Source: a virus (taxonomy: Duplodnaviria > Caudoviricetes). Taken from it: a stretch of 64,000 nt of DNA. How positions within the stretch are numbered: position 1 is the first letter of the stretch; each line of letters starts with the position of its first letter. The DNA is taken from IMG/VR virus record IMGVR_UViG_3300031760_000005, positions 93,696 through 157,695 of that record; one strand, written 5' to 3'. Shown here one piece after another: positions 52,812 to 62,054 of this stretch. Below the pieces are notes generated by a model. The model was given only the letters and a program-made list of their open reading frames with translations, was not told where the DNA came from and searched no databases. The translations under genes were made by a program, and so were the position numbers.

Positions 52812-53252
52812 TTAATACAATTTCATTATTCTATCTAATTCACGTTTGTTATCTTTATCTTTTATATCATTACGTTTATCATAATTGTGTTTACCTTTAC
52901 AAACCCCAATAAGAACTTTAATTAATCCTTTATTATTTATGAACATTTTTAATGGGATTAATGTTATTCCTTGAATTTGTAATTTTTCATTAATTTTTCG
53001 TATTTCTTTTTTATTAAGAAGAAGTTTACGAATTCTTAATGGATCATGATTAGTAAACTTATCTGAATCATATGTTGATATATGTGAATTAATCATCCAT
53101 ACCTCACCATCTTTTACATAACAATAAGCTTCACCAAGATTTACATTTCCTGATCTTATTGATTTTACTTCAGAACCTTGAAGAACTATACCAGCAACAT
53201 AATCCTCCAAAATTTCATATTCATATTTTGCTTTTCTATTTAATATTTCCAT
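52812..53252 (-). CDS. smpB: SsrA-binding protein SmpB
   Basis: NRKA..EY.I....AGIVL.GSEVKSIR.G, NHDPLR.RKLLL.K.EI, G.TLIPLK, KGK..YDKR. Confidence 0.95.
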   Translation of the reverse strand: MEILNRKAKYEYEILEDYVAGIVLQGSEVKSIRSGNVNLGEAYCYVKDGEVWMINSHISTYDSDKFTNHDPLRIRKLLLNKKEIRKINEKLQIQGITLIPLKMFINNKGLIKVLIGVCKGKHNYDKRNDIKDKDNKRELDRIMKLY

Positions 53253-53368
53253 GAATATAATATAGAATATAATATTAAAATTTCAATTTTTTATTAGTTT
53301 TTATAAAGAATATAATAAAAAAACTTATTTTTAATAAAATTATACATAAATATAAGTAACTAAACCAA

Positions 53369-55150
53369 ATGATTTTAGGAGATTTAACAAGTGTATTTGA
53401 GCAAGATATGACTATAATGGAAGCTGTACAGAGAAATTTCAATCAATCATATACAAATACACAAAAGAAACCATCAAAGTGGTCTAAAATATTGACTTCG
53501 CTTTCTCATTATGGAATGAATTATGATGATAAGGTGTTTCAAAATATGGTTGCAATTCCAGCGAATAAAGAATTTCAGCCAAAAGATGATGCTTTACTCC
53601 AACAAACATTATATGGAGCTGCATTAAATAACTGGAAAATTAAAGGTGAAGAGGAAAAGTCATTTGCAGAAAAAACGCTTGAACAAAAACGTCAAGTTCT
53701 TCGTCAAATGGCTATGCAACCAGAACTAGAAGATATTCTTGATATAATGTCCAATGAAGCTATTGTATATGATGATAACGAATCATATATTTGTCAACCT
53801 TATTTAGATACTGGGCTTATTCAGGATTTAAATGAACAATCAGCAGAAGAAATTCGTAATGCTATCGATACAATCTTTTATAAGATGTATATGTTATTAG
53901 ATTGGAAAATTAATGCATGGGATGATTTTAAACGTTTTCTTATTGAAGGTGTATTAGCTTATGAAATTGTTTATGATGATTTATCTCACCCAAAATCAAT
54001 TATAGGTATTATTGACTTAGATCCAGCAACACTCACTAGAAATGTTGAAGATGGAACAACTTATTGGATTCAATATAAAGGCGTATTAGGTAAAGAAAGA
54101 AAATTACTTGATTCACAGGTAATATATATTAAATATGAAGATACTGGAGTATCAACACGTCAATCATATCTTGAACGTCTTATTCGTCCTTTCAATCTTT
54201 ATCGTATTGTTGAACAAGCTCAAGTCATTTGGACAGTTACTCAATCTTCATTTAAAACTTTATTTACTATACCTGTTGGTGGTATGAATAAAGCAAAAGG
54301 TATGCAAACATTATCACAAGCAATGAACAGATATAAAGAAGATATATCATTCAATGTAGAAACTGGTGAATTACAAGTAAATGGTAAAGTTAATATGCCA
54401 TTCACTAAAGAATATTGGTTACCTGAAAATGAACAAGGTACTCCACAAATTGAAACTCTTGTTGATAATGGTCCACAGTTAAATGACTCAGATCAAATTA
54501 AATACTTTGAGTCTAAACTATATAAAATGTCAAAAATTCCACAATCACGTTTTGACAAAGAAGCTCAAGCAACTTGGTTTGGCAGTGATCCAACACAAGC
54601 ATTACGTGAAGAAATTGATTTTTCTCGTTATGTTACTCGTCTTCGCAATACATTTCAATTTATAATACTTAAACCTATACGTATTCAATTAGCTCTTCAA
54701 ATTCCTGATATTAAGAATGATAAACGTATATTAGATTCTATTTCTCTTCGTTGGAATTCGTATAATTTATTTGAAGAACAAATGAATATAGAAATAACTA
54801 CACGTAGAGTTGAATTTATTGGTACTATGAAAGATAGTATTACTGTTGTTAATGATGAAGGTGAAGAAGAGCCATATTTTTCTCCAAAATTCCTTGTAGT
54901 TAAATATCTTAAGATGTCTGAAGCAGATCTTGAACTTAATGAAAAATATAAATTAGAAGAAAAGTTAGCAAAACAGAATAAAGGTGGAGGTGAAGAAGAA
55001 GGTGGTGATGAAGATACTGAACTTGGAGGAGAAGATGAATCAACAGAAAATAATGAAGAAGGAGGATCTGAATCTGAAGGTGGAAATGATATAGATGCAG
55101 AAATGCTTGGAGATGTACAACCAGAATCACCAGAAACAACACAAGCATAA
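53369..55150 (+). CDS. T4 gp20-like portal protein
   Basis: R.MA..PE....D...NEA, SYLERLIRPFN..R..E.A.V, EYWLP...G..IETL, YF..KLYK...IP.SR, REEI.F...V.RLR..F. Confidence 0.92.
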   Translation: MILGDLTSVFEQDMTIMEAVQRNFNQSYTNTQKKPSKWSKILTSLSHYGMNYDDKVFQNMVAIPANKEFQPKDDALLQQTLYGAALNNWKIKGEEEKSFAEKTLEQKRQVLRQMAMQPELEDILDIMSNEAIVYDDNESYICQPYLDTGLIQDLNEQSAEEIRNAIDTIFYKMYMLLDWKINAWDDFKRFLIEGVLAYEIVYDDLSHPKSIIGIIDLDPATLTRNVEDGTTYWIQYKGVLGKERKLLDSQVIYIKYEDTGVSTRQSYLERLIRPFNLYRIVEQAQVIWTVTQSSFKTLFTIPVGGMNKAKGMQTLSQAMNRYKEDISFNVETGELQVNGKVNMPFTKEYWLPENEQGTPQIETLVDNGPQLNDSDQIKYFESKLYKMSKIPQSRFDKEAQATWFGSDPTQALREEIDFSRYVTRLRNTFQFIILKPIRIQLALQIPDIKNDKRILDSISLRWNSYNLFEEQMNIEITTRRVEFIGTMKDSITVVNDEGEEEPYFSPKFLVVKYLKMSEADLELNEKYKLEEKLAKQNKGGGEEEGGDEDTELGGEDESTENNEEGGSESEGGNDIDAEMLGDVQPESPETTQA

Positions 55151-55170
55151 ATATATAGAGTAATAATTAA

Positions 55171-55857
55171 ATGAGATTATCAAATGTTGAATTAATACAA
55201 TCAACTGTAATAGATGTAGATGACCCTGCTAAACAAGGTAGAATAAAATGTGTTATACCTGGAGTATTTGAAAATTCTAAAGACAAAGAATTATATCCAT
55301 GGATTCCTCCTTTTGGTATGACTCGTTATCAATCATTTTCTAAAGAATTATGTGGAGCAAAAGTTTGGGTTATTCAAAATAAAGATAATTATAATGAATT
55401 TTATTTTTTTCCACTATTTGATAAAATAACTAAAACAAAAGAATTTTTAGATGCTAAATATGATAGTAATCCAGAAATTGTATATATGCGAGATAATTGT
55501 GGATTAGTTTCTAGTTTGACATATGATGAGGATGACGGTTCAATGAATACTGTTAATGACTCATTTATAAATATTAGACCAGATGGTGAAATACATATTC
55601 ATACAAAAAACGCTGATGTACATTTAAAAAATGGTAATGTATTTATTGGTAGTGATGAAAATTCTAAGCATGAACCTGCTGTATTAGGAGATAAATTATG
55701 TAATATATTGGGGGATTTATGTTCAGCTATGACTTCATTACAAAGTAAGGCATCTCCAAATCCATTTACTTCACATTTATCTGATGGTTTTCAGCAGGCT
55801 GTAACTGCATTACAACCTTATAGTGAAATTAAATGTGAAAAAACAAAAGTAAATTAA
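55171..55857 (+). CDS. gp5/VgrG-like baseplate hub-spike protein (OB-fold)
   Basis: VIDVDDP...GRIKC.IPG...PWI; EPAVLGDKL. Confidence 0.75.
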   Translation: MRLSNVELIQSTVIDVDDPAKQGRIKCVIPGVFENSKDKELYPWIPPFGMTRYQSFSKELCGAKVWVIQNKDNYNEFYFFPLFDKITKTKEFLDAKYDSNPEIVYMRDNCGLVSSLTYDEDDGSMNTVNDSFINIRPDGEIHIHTKNADVHLKNGNVFIGSDENSKHEPAVLGDKLCNILGDLCSAMTSLQSKASPNPFTSHLSDGFQQAVTALQPYSEIKCEKTKVN

Positions 55858-56760
55858 ATGGGAAATTTCGTATCAACAGAAAAACTTCGTGGAATGTTGG
55901 GTCCAGAAAAGTTTGAGCAATTAGAAAATGGTGCTATTGATAAAGGTAGTGCATTTCTAAATGGTAAGATAACTTCTACAATGAATAAAGTTATGTCAGA
56001 TAAAACTGTAGTTGGTCTCACTCAAACAGCAACTTCAGGACTTGGATTATATTCAACAGCAAGTGCATTAGTTACAAATCCTGCTATATTATCAGGATTA
56101 GCAGATCAAATAGTAAGTAGTTCTATGGATATTGTTGCCACAGAATTAGGTAAATTAGGTGGAAAAATTGCAGGAAAATCAACTCAAATATTATCATCAA
56201 TACCATCTAAAATACAATCATATTCTATGAGTTATTTTAATGCTTATAAGAAATCATTTGGAGAAATGCTTAGTGAAGTTATGAATGACTCTGAGTCAAA
56301 TGATAAAAAAAGACAAGAAGATAGTGAAAAAAAATCAAAAAATAAAACATTAGAAAAGACTAAAAAGGCATTAGGTGACGCAAAAGCTTTTATTGATAAA
56401 AATACAAAGTTAATAAATTCTTATTTAGGAACAATTACTAAATATGTAGAAGAAGGTCCTGATATGTTAGCTAAGGAAATTGATAAACAAATTGATAAAG
56501 GTGTTAAATATGCTAATAAGCAAGTTGATCAAAAAATTGAAGATGTTGAAAAATATGTGAACACTGAATGTAAAAAACAAGGAGAAAAAATAGGAAAAAA
56601 AATGGTTGAAGCATATAACGATAAATTATTAAAACAAGCGCAAAAACAATTAGCTAAACAAAAAACTACAATATCAAAAGCTAAAGCATTAGCATTTAAA
56701 GCAAAACAAGCTGGAATTCTTCAAATAATGGGTATGACCGGTATAGGTATGCCTATTTAA
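55858..56760 (+). CDS. helical hypothetical protein (likely virion)
   Basis: 300 aa between gp5-like gene and terminase. Confidence 0.7.
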   Translation: MGNFVSTEKLRGMLGPEKFEQLENGAIDKGSAFLNGKITSTMNKVMSDKTVVGLTQTATSGLGLYSTASALVTNPAILSGLADQIVSSSMDIVATELGKLGGKIAGKSTQILSSIPSKIQSYSMSYFNAYKKSFGEMLSEVMNDSESNDKKRQEDSEKKSKNKTLEKTKKALGDAKAFIDKNTKLINSYLGTITKYVEEGPDMLAKEIDKQIDKGVKYANKQVDQKIEDVEKYVNTECKKQGEKIGKKMVEAYNDKLLKQAQKQLAKQKTTISKAKALAFKAKQAGILQIMGMTGIGMPI

Positions 56761-56780
56761 AATTATGTGGAAAATATATA

Positions 56781-58709
56781 ATGGCACAAAGTAAAGAAGT
56801 AGATTTTAATCCTATAAAAGAAACAGTAGGTGGAAAACAGGCAGAGCGCGTTATTTGGTCAACTAATATAATTAATGTTGCTTTAGAGGCCATTGAACAA
56901 GGTAAGCCTCTTAAAGCATCACCATTCTATATGAAGAATACAAAGCTCTTAAAACCAGAGCTTGTATATAAAAGAACTAAAGAAGAAATTGAAGACTATA
57001 TAAGATGTAAAACCGATCCAGTATATTTTGCATCTAAATGTTATTTAATGACACCTGAAGGTTTGAAACCTTGTGTATTAAGAGATTATCAAATTGATTA
57101 TTTACATCATTTACAAAATAACAGATTTAGTATATTTTTAAGTTGTCGTCAATCAGGTAAGTCAACTACAACAGCTATATATTGTCTTTGGGTTATATTA
57201 TTCAATACTGATAAAACTGGACTTATTCTTTCTAAATCAGGTCCTGCTGGTGTTGATTTAATAAAGAAGATTAAAGACATGTATTTGTATCTTCCTTATC
57301 ATTTAAAGATAGGTACAATGAAATGGAATCAAGGTGAAATTTCATTTGACAATAACTCTTCTATTTCTACAGAAGCTTTCTCACCAACAGCAGGTCTTGG
57401 TAAAACAATTAACTTCCTTATTCTTGACGAGTTTGCTTGGTGTCCACCTAACGATGTAGAATTATTCTATAATAACATTATTCCTACAGTAACAACAATT
57501 TCAGACTCAAATGTTTGTATAATGTCTACACAAAATGGATTTAATTTATTCTATAAACTTTGGAAAGCAGCTATTGAAAAGAAAAACATATATGCTCCAT
57601 TTAAAGTAGATTGGAATCAAGTACCACAATTCAATGCTAAAACAAAACAATGGGAAAAACGTACTCAAAAATGGAAAGAAGAAATGGTCGGTATTCTTGG
57701 TTCAGAAGAAGCTTTCCAATATCAATATGGTACAATGTTCTCTGCTTCAGATCATTGTCTTGTGTCTCGAGAATGTTTATCGAAAATAAGAGATAAAGCT
57801 GTTTTATGGGAAAATAGAATTGAAGATATGCATAATGCGGGAATTAATTTATTTTTACCACACCCAGATATGTTATTCTGGAGACCTGATTTTGACCTTA
57901 ATGAATTACGAACAGGATATTTTGTATTATGCGATGACTTAGCTGAAGGTGCAGGTCAAGACTTTACACCATTTAACATTTTCCAACTTGTTGAAAAAGA
58001 TTGTTATAAACATGTTGGTAGATGGTATTCAAATACTGTTGATTTAGAATCTGCCGCTTTAGAGTTTTGGTTATTAGTTGGTCAATTATTTAATGACGAA
58101 AGATGTATTTGGTCATTAGAATGGAATACTTATGGCGCATTATTTTACAATATTTTAATGAATTTAAATGAACCAGATTATGACGAAAAATCATCTTATA
58201 GATATAATTTAGTATTTGATGGTATTGAACTTAGTAACTTTGTGATGTATAAGAAAACATCAATTGATGAACCAGTAATTGGTAAAAAACCAAAACATAC
58301 ATCAAAATTTATGCCAGGTATTAAGTTCACATCAGGTAACAAAGGAACATATTGTACATTGCTTAAAATGAAGTTCGAAAAAGGTCAAATTGATACAAAT
58401 GACTTAATAACAATTGGAGAATTAGAAAACTTTGAAGATAAAAATGGAAATGGAAGTTATAAAGCTTCATATGGTCATGATGATTCAATTATGACATTTG
58501 TACAATTACCGGCTCTTGAACAAACCGCGAAATATAAAGATTGGTTAGAAAACTTTGAAGCAAATAATATTACTATTAATATGAATAATAAATGGTCTAA
58601 TAATTCTAATAATTGGATGCAACTTCAAAGTACGGATATATTTAATAATATGCCAGGATTACAACCTGTAGGAATATTTGATATATTTAGTTCTCAAAAT
58701 AATTTATAA
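56781..58709 (+). CDS. terL: terminase large subunit (T4 gp17-like)
   Basis: C..DP.YFA, LRDYQ, RQSGKS Walker A, LILDEFA Walker B, STQNG.N.FY, D.AEG.GQD nuclease, GHDD. Confidence 0.95.
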   Translation: MAQSKEVDFNPIKETVGGKQAERVIWSTNIINVALEAIEQGKPLKASPFYMKNTKLLKPELVYKRTKEEIEDYIRCKTDPVYFASKCYLMTPEGLKPCVLRDYQIDYLHHLQNNRFSIFLSCRQSGKSTTTAIYCLWVILFNTDKTGLILSKSGPAGVDLIKKIKDMYLYLPYHLKIGTMKWNQGEISFDNNSSISTEAFSPTAGLGKTINFLILDEFAWCPPNDVELFYNNIIPTVTTISDSNVCIMSTQNGFNLFYKLWKAAIEKKNIYAPFKVDWNQVPQFNAKTKQWEKRTQKWKEEMVGILGSEEAFQYQYGTMFSASDHCLVSRECLSKIRDKAVLWENRIEDMHNAGINLFLPHPDMLFWRPDFDLNELRTGYFVLCDDLAEGAGQDFTPFNIFQLVEKDCYKHVGRWYSNTVDLESAALEFWLLVGQLFNDERCIWSLEWNTYGALFYNILMNLNEPDYDEKSSYRYNLVFDGIELSNFVMYKKTSIDEPVIGKKPKHTSKFMPGIKFTSGNKGTYCTLLKMKFEKGQIDTNDLITIGELENFEDKNGNGSYKASYGHDDSIMTFVQLPALEQTAKYKDWLENFEANNITINMNNKWSNNSNNWMQLQSTDIFNNMPGLQPVGIFDIFSSQNNL

Positions 58710-58763
58710 ATAAAAAAAAGGAATTTAACGAATATTCAGTAAAATATTTTGTTAATTCCTTTA

Positions 58764-59162
58764 TTAATCTTTTTCATAATTTGCTAGTTCCTTCTTTTTA
58801 TTTTCTTTAGAAGTAATTAACAAATTACTTGTTGCTTTAACCTCAGTATTTTTATTTGGAATTACAAGATAAATACGAATATCTTTTGAATTTATATTTT
58901 CTATATTAGGAAAAATATCATCGAACCATATATTTAATATTGAATCACTAATATTATATCTAATACGCTCCTCTATTTCAGGATATAAAGCTCGTATTGA
59001 AATTTTAAAAGTATCTCCTTCATGCATTTTTATTGTTGAAGGCATACCAACACATACAGTGTTAACTCTATTTAAACTATCTACATTATCAACATGATTA
59101 TCTGCTGATGTATATATTATTGATGTAAATACAATAAGCATTATTAAAAATATCTTTTTCAT
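58764..59162 (-). CDS. secreted protein (GIN/DUF2807-like)
   Basis: Signal peptide MKKIFLIMLIVFTS; beta-rich V.V..P..I....GD.F.I...I.Y.I.D.IL.I. Confidence 0.55.
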   Translation of the reverse strand: MKKIFLIMLIVFTSIIYTSADNHVDNVDSLNRVNTVCVGMPSTIKMHEGDTFKISIRALYPEIEERIRYNISDSILNIWFDDIFPNIENINSKDIRIYLVIPNKNTEVKATSNLLITSKENKKKELANYEKD

Positions 59163-59409
59163 AATTATTATACTTTTTATTTATATATATTTGTCATTAA
59201 ATGCCAAATATTCGTTAAACTCCCCAAGAAATATAATTTATATATACTCCTTCTAATTAAAAATAGTTTACAGAAACTAAAAAGATTAAATTTTATGCTT
59301 TATAACATATTTTAGGGTGAATTTATTGACATAGATCAATATAATGAAATTATTTTTAATTGGATAATGTACAAATATAGAGGTATCATAAAAATATTTG
59401 TACAATTAA

Positions 59410-59829
59410 ATGTTTAAAAAACTATTTGGAATAATACCTAACGTTATGAAAAATAAAGGAATTAAAAATAAAGATTCATTTTTTAATAAATTGGTAAAAG
59501 AAGATACTAATGTATCAATGATGAATTTTTTCTTAATGGCAACTTTATTTGTTGGTGTTATATTATTATTTGTACCAGTTATTGGCATGTTAACTGATAT
59601 ATGGTTTAATCATACAATGACAATTAATATGTCTGATATGGCATTATATGTTGGAGCTGTTGCAGGTATATTTACAGCTGGTGGATTAAGCTCTGCATGG
59701 ACAGAATTTGCTTATTCTAAATATAATGTAAAACCAATTACTGAAGAAGATATGGCTCGTGCAGAAGAAGCCAAAGATGCTATAGAATCTGCTGGTGAAG
59801 ATGATGCAGAAGATTTTACACGTGAATAA
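59410..59829 (+). CDS. two-TM membrane protein, holin candidate
   Basis: Two TM helices, basic N-terminus, acidic C-terminus; late motif at 59350. Confidence 0.5.
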   Translation: MFKKLFGIIPNVMKNKGIKNKDSFFNKLVKEDTNVSMMNFFLMATLFVGVILLFVPVIGMLTDIWFNHTMTINMSDMALYVGAVAGIFTAGGLSSAWTEFAYSKYNVKPITEEDMARAEEAKDAIESAGEDDAEDFTRE

Positions 59830-59848
59830 ATAAATAATTATAAATAAT

Positions 59849-60469
59849 ATGATTGGAACGCATGATTCTTATACTTATCAAAAATCAAAAAATTTCTTTG
59901 CTAAATTTATAAGTATATTTTGGAGAACACAAAAATTAACAATACAAGAACAATATAATATTGGAGTTCGTGTATTTGATGTAAGAGTATATAGAAATAA
60001 AGATAATAAATGGGGAACAGCTCATGGATTTGTTCATTTTGACGAATCATTTGAATCACTTTCTAAAATATGCGAATATTTTGGACATAATTTTCCAGGT
60101 GCATATATAAGAATATATTTAGAAGATAAAGTAAAAAATAACGAAGAAATTAAAACATTATTCTTAAAAGAAGCCGAATTAGCTTTTAAATCTTATGAAT
60201 TTATGTTGTGGGAAATTGGTACACATTTTCCATGGATAACTTATTATCGTAATACAAATTTTAAATTTAAACTTGTTGAATATTGCTGTCATTTATTTGG
60301 TTGGAATACAGATAAAGGATTTTGGTATAATATAAAAAATATTGATTGGAGTTCTTTTTCAATACCATCATATGCTAAAAAACATAATCAAAAAATTACA
60401 CAAGAAATGATTGATGATAAATCTACTTTATATTTTTATGATTATGCAGGAATATATCCAAAAAATTAA
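59849..60469 (+). CDS. PI-PLC X-domain-like phosphodiesterase
   Basis: IGTHDSYTY, RTQ..TI.EQY..GVR.FD.RV, AHG. Confidence 0.8.
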   Translation: MIGTHDSYTYQKSKNFFAKFISIFWRTQKLTIQEQYNIGVRVFDVRVYRNKDNKWGTAHGFVHFDESFESLSKICEYFGHNFPGAYIRIYLEDKVKNNEEIKTLFLKEAELAFKSYEFMLWEIGTHFPWITYYRNTNFKFKLVEYCCHLFGWNTDKGFWYNIKNIDWSSFSIPSYAKKHNQKITQEMIDDKSTLYFYDYAGIYPKN

Positions 60470-60558
60470 ACCTCATGCATTAAATATTATATCTTAATGA
60501 AATATATATCTTTAATATTTTGATGAACGAGAGTGAAGCAGAATAATGTAAAATAAAG

Positions 60559-60588
60559 AAAGAGAGTGTTACTAGTAACACTCTCTTT
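60559..60588. terminator. bidirectional terminator (perfect 30-bp palindrome)
   Basis: AAAGAGAGTGTTACTAGTAACACTCTCTTT. Confidence 0.8.
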
Positions 60589-60595
60589 TTATTAT

Positions 60596-61483
60596 TTATT
60601 GTTTTGCTCCACAGAATGGACAAAATTTATATTTTTGATTAAGTTTTCTTCCACATTGATGACAATATCTCTTTACTAAATCATTACTATTAATTTGTTT
60701 TTGCGAAGATGGAATAATTTTGATATACTCTGTCTTAAATGGCCAATATTCAAAATCTTTGTAAATATTTTGAAATTTTTGATTGGAATGACTTCCTTCT
60801 TCAATTCGACCAGTTTCAATAGATTTTTGACGTGGTGTTGAAATACTTTTAGAAATAGTATTTGCTGATGCATAATTATAAGTAGATTGTCCTGTAATTG
60901 CACCTGAAATAGTATCTGCACAATTATTTAACGCAAGAGTTGTATCTTCCAAACCACGAGAATCAATTGTAGAAGCAGAAGCAGAATATTCAATTGAGGC
61001 ATTAGTATTATTATATAACTTTGTTTGCGCTAAGTTTTTAATATTATAATTGTAATTACTATAATTATTGTTATAATTATTGTACCAAGTTATATTTGAA
61101 TCAACTGTAAGACAAGGATTTTGTATTTTTTCTCTTTCTTTATAAAATTCGATTTTAAGATTACCATTGTCTTTAATAGCTTTCTTTACTTCTTCAGATG
61201 CTCCAACAGTATAAGTAGAAAATAAAAGATGTGATTCATTATCAAGATATCTGTCAAGCCAAACCCTTTCACCTGGACGTAACACAAGCATTTTAGAGCT
61301 ATAACTATTACCTCCATTAAAGTTAAATGTTACACCAATAGTATAATTATAAGGATTAAAAATTTGGATTTGAAATTCTGTACCATCATTCATATAGACG
61401 ATACGTTCATTAGAAGAATTTGAATACTCTTTTAATAAAGATTTGTTTACGGCAATTTTAGCCAATTTTTCAATGTTGTTCAT
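60596..61483 (-). CDS. zinc-ribbon domain protein
   Basis: C-terminal CHQCG......KFCPFCG; IETGRIEEGS.SNQ. Confidence 0.8.
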   Translation of the reverse strand: MNNIEKLAKIAVNKSLLKEYSNSSNERIVYMNDGTEFQIQIFNPYNYTIGVTFNFNGGNSYSSKMLVLRPGERVWLDRYLDNESHLLFSTYTVGASEEVKKAIKDNGNLKIEFYKEREKIQNPCLTVDSNITWYNNYNNNYSNYNYNIKNLAQTKLYNNTNASIEYSASASTIDSRGLEDTTLALNNCADTISGAITGQSTYNYASANTISKSISTPRQKSIETGRIEEGSHSNQKFQNIYKDFEYWPFKTEYIKIIPSSQKQINSNDLVKRYCHQCGRKLNQKYKFCPFCGAKQ

Positions 61484-61513
61484 AATTAATCATATAGATA
61501 TATTTTTTATATC

Positions 61514-61582
61514 TTGTTCCTAAACTTTTAAGTCTTTAAATTAACTTTCAAAAGGAGAACGTCTCCTCAGTCATAGAAACAA
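61514..61582 (-). ncRNA. candidate three-way-junction leader RNA
   Basis: P1 TTGTTTCTA(T)GACT/AGTTTAGGAACAA; P2 GAGGAGA-CGT-TCTCCTT; P3 AAGTT/GACTT. Confidence 0.45.
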
Positions 61583-61645
61583 ATGATTTATATATAAAAA
61601 TATAGTTTTTTTCTAAAATATGTTAAAAAATAAACAAAATAATAT

Positions 61646-61673
61646 AAAAATGGGGAACATTAAGTTCCCCATA
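61646..61673 (-). terminator. intrinsic terminator overlapping Pth2-like stop codon
   Basis: ATGGGGAAC-TTAAT-GTTCCCCAT followed by T tract (minus). Confidence 0.7.
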
Positions 61674-62013
61674 ATTTTAATTTCTTAATTTTTCTTTTTA
61701 ATGTATCATCATAAATATCTTTTTCATGAATTGCAATAGCTGTTAATTTATTATTCAAATCTGGTTCATAAAAATAAGTTTCTTTATCATGAGCTTCATA
61801 ATATTCAAGATAATTATTTTTAATATCTTCTAAATCAGCTTGTAAATAAATTAAATATTCATTATTCCAAATATCATGATATCGTTTGCCACTTGATAAT
61901 GACTCAACCTATCCATGCTCTATGATCCATTCGGCTATAGCATGTCCACCTTGAACTGCCCCATAAATAGGATCTAAATTTTTATCAATTAATATATATA
62001 ATTTATTTTTCAT
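61660..62013 (-). CDS. Pth2-like peptidyl-tRNA hydrolase with in-frame TAG at codon 35 (61909-61911); not in ORF track
   Basis: Hand translation MKNKLYILIDKNLDPIYGAVQGGHAIAEWIIEHG*VESLSSGKRYHDIWNNEYLIYLQ...FYEPDLNNKLTAIAI...KLWGT; family motifs on both sides of the TAG in one frame. Confidence 0.8.
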
Positions 62014-62054
62014 ATTATTCTTCATTAAAATCATCTAAATATGTATTTTCAATT

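Noticed and set aside
22212-58709. Genome-wide TAG=Gln recoding (code 15) of structural genes
   Set aside because: Large structural ORFs are uninterrupted in the standard code and tile the sequence without gaps
56781-58709. Intein or intron in the terminase
   Set aside because: ATPase and nuclease motifs are contiguous at normal spacing; no splicing or homing-endonuclease motifs seen
61546-61572. Hammerhead ribozyme (CTGAGGA...GAAA on minus strand)
   Set aside because: Stem II cannot form between the core motifs, and those bases pair better in the GGAGA/TCTCC hairpin
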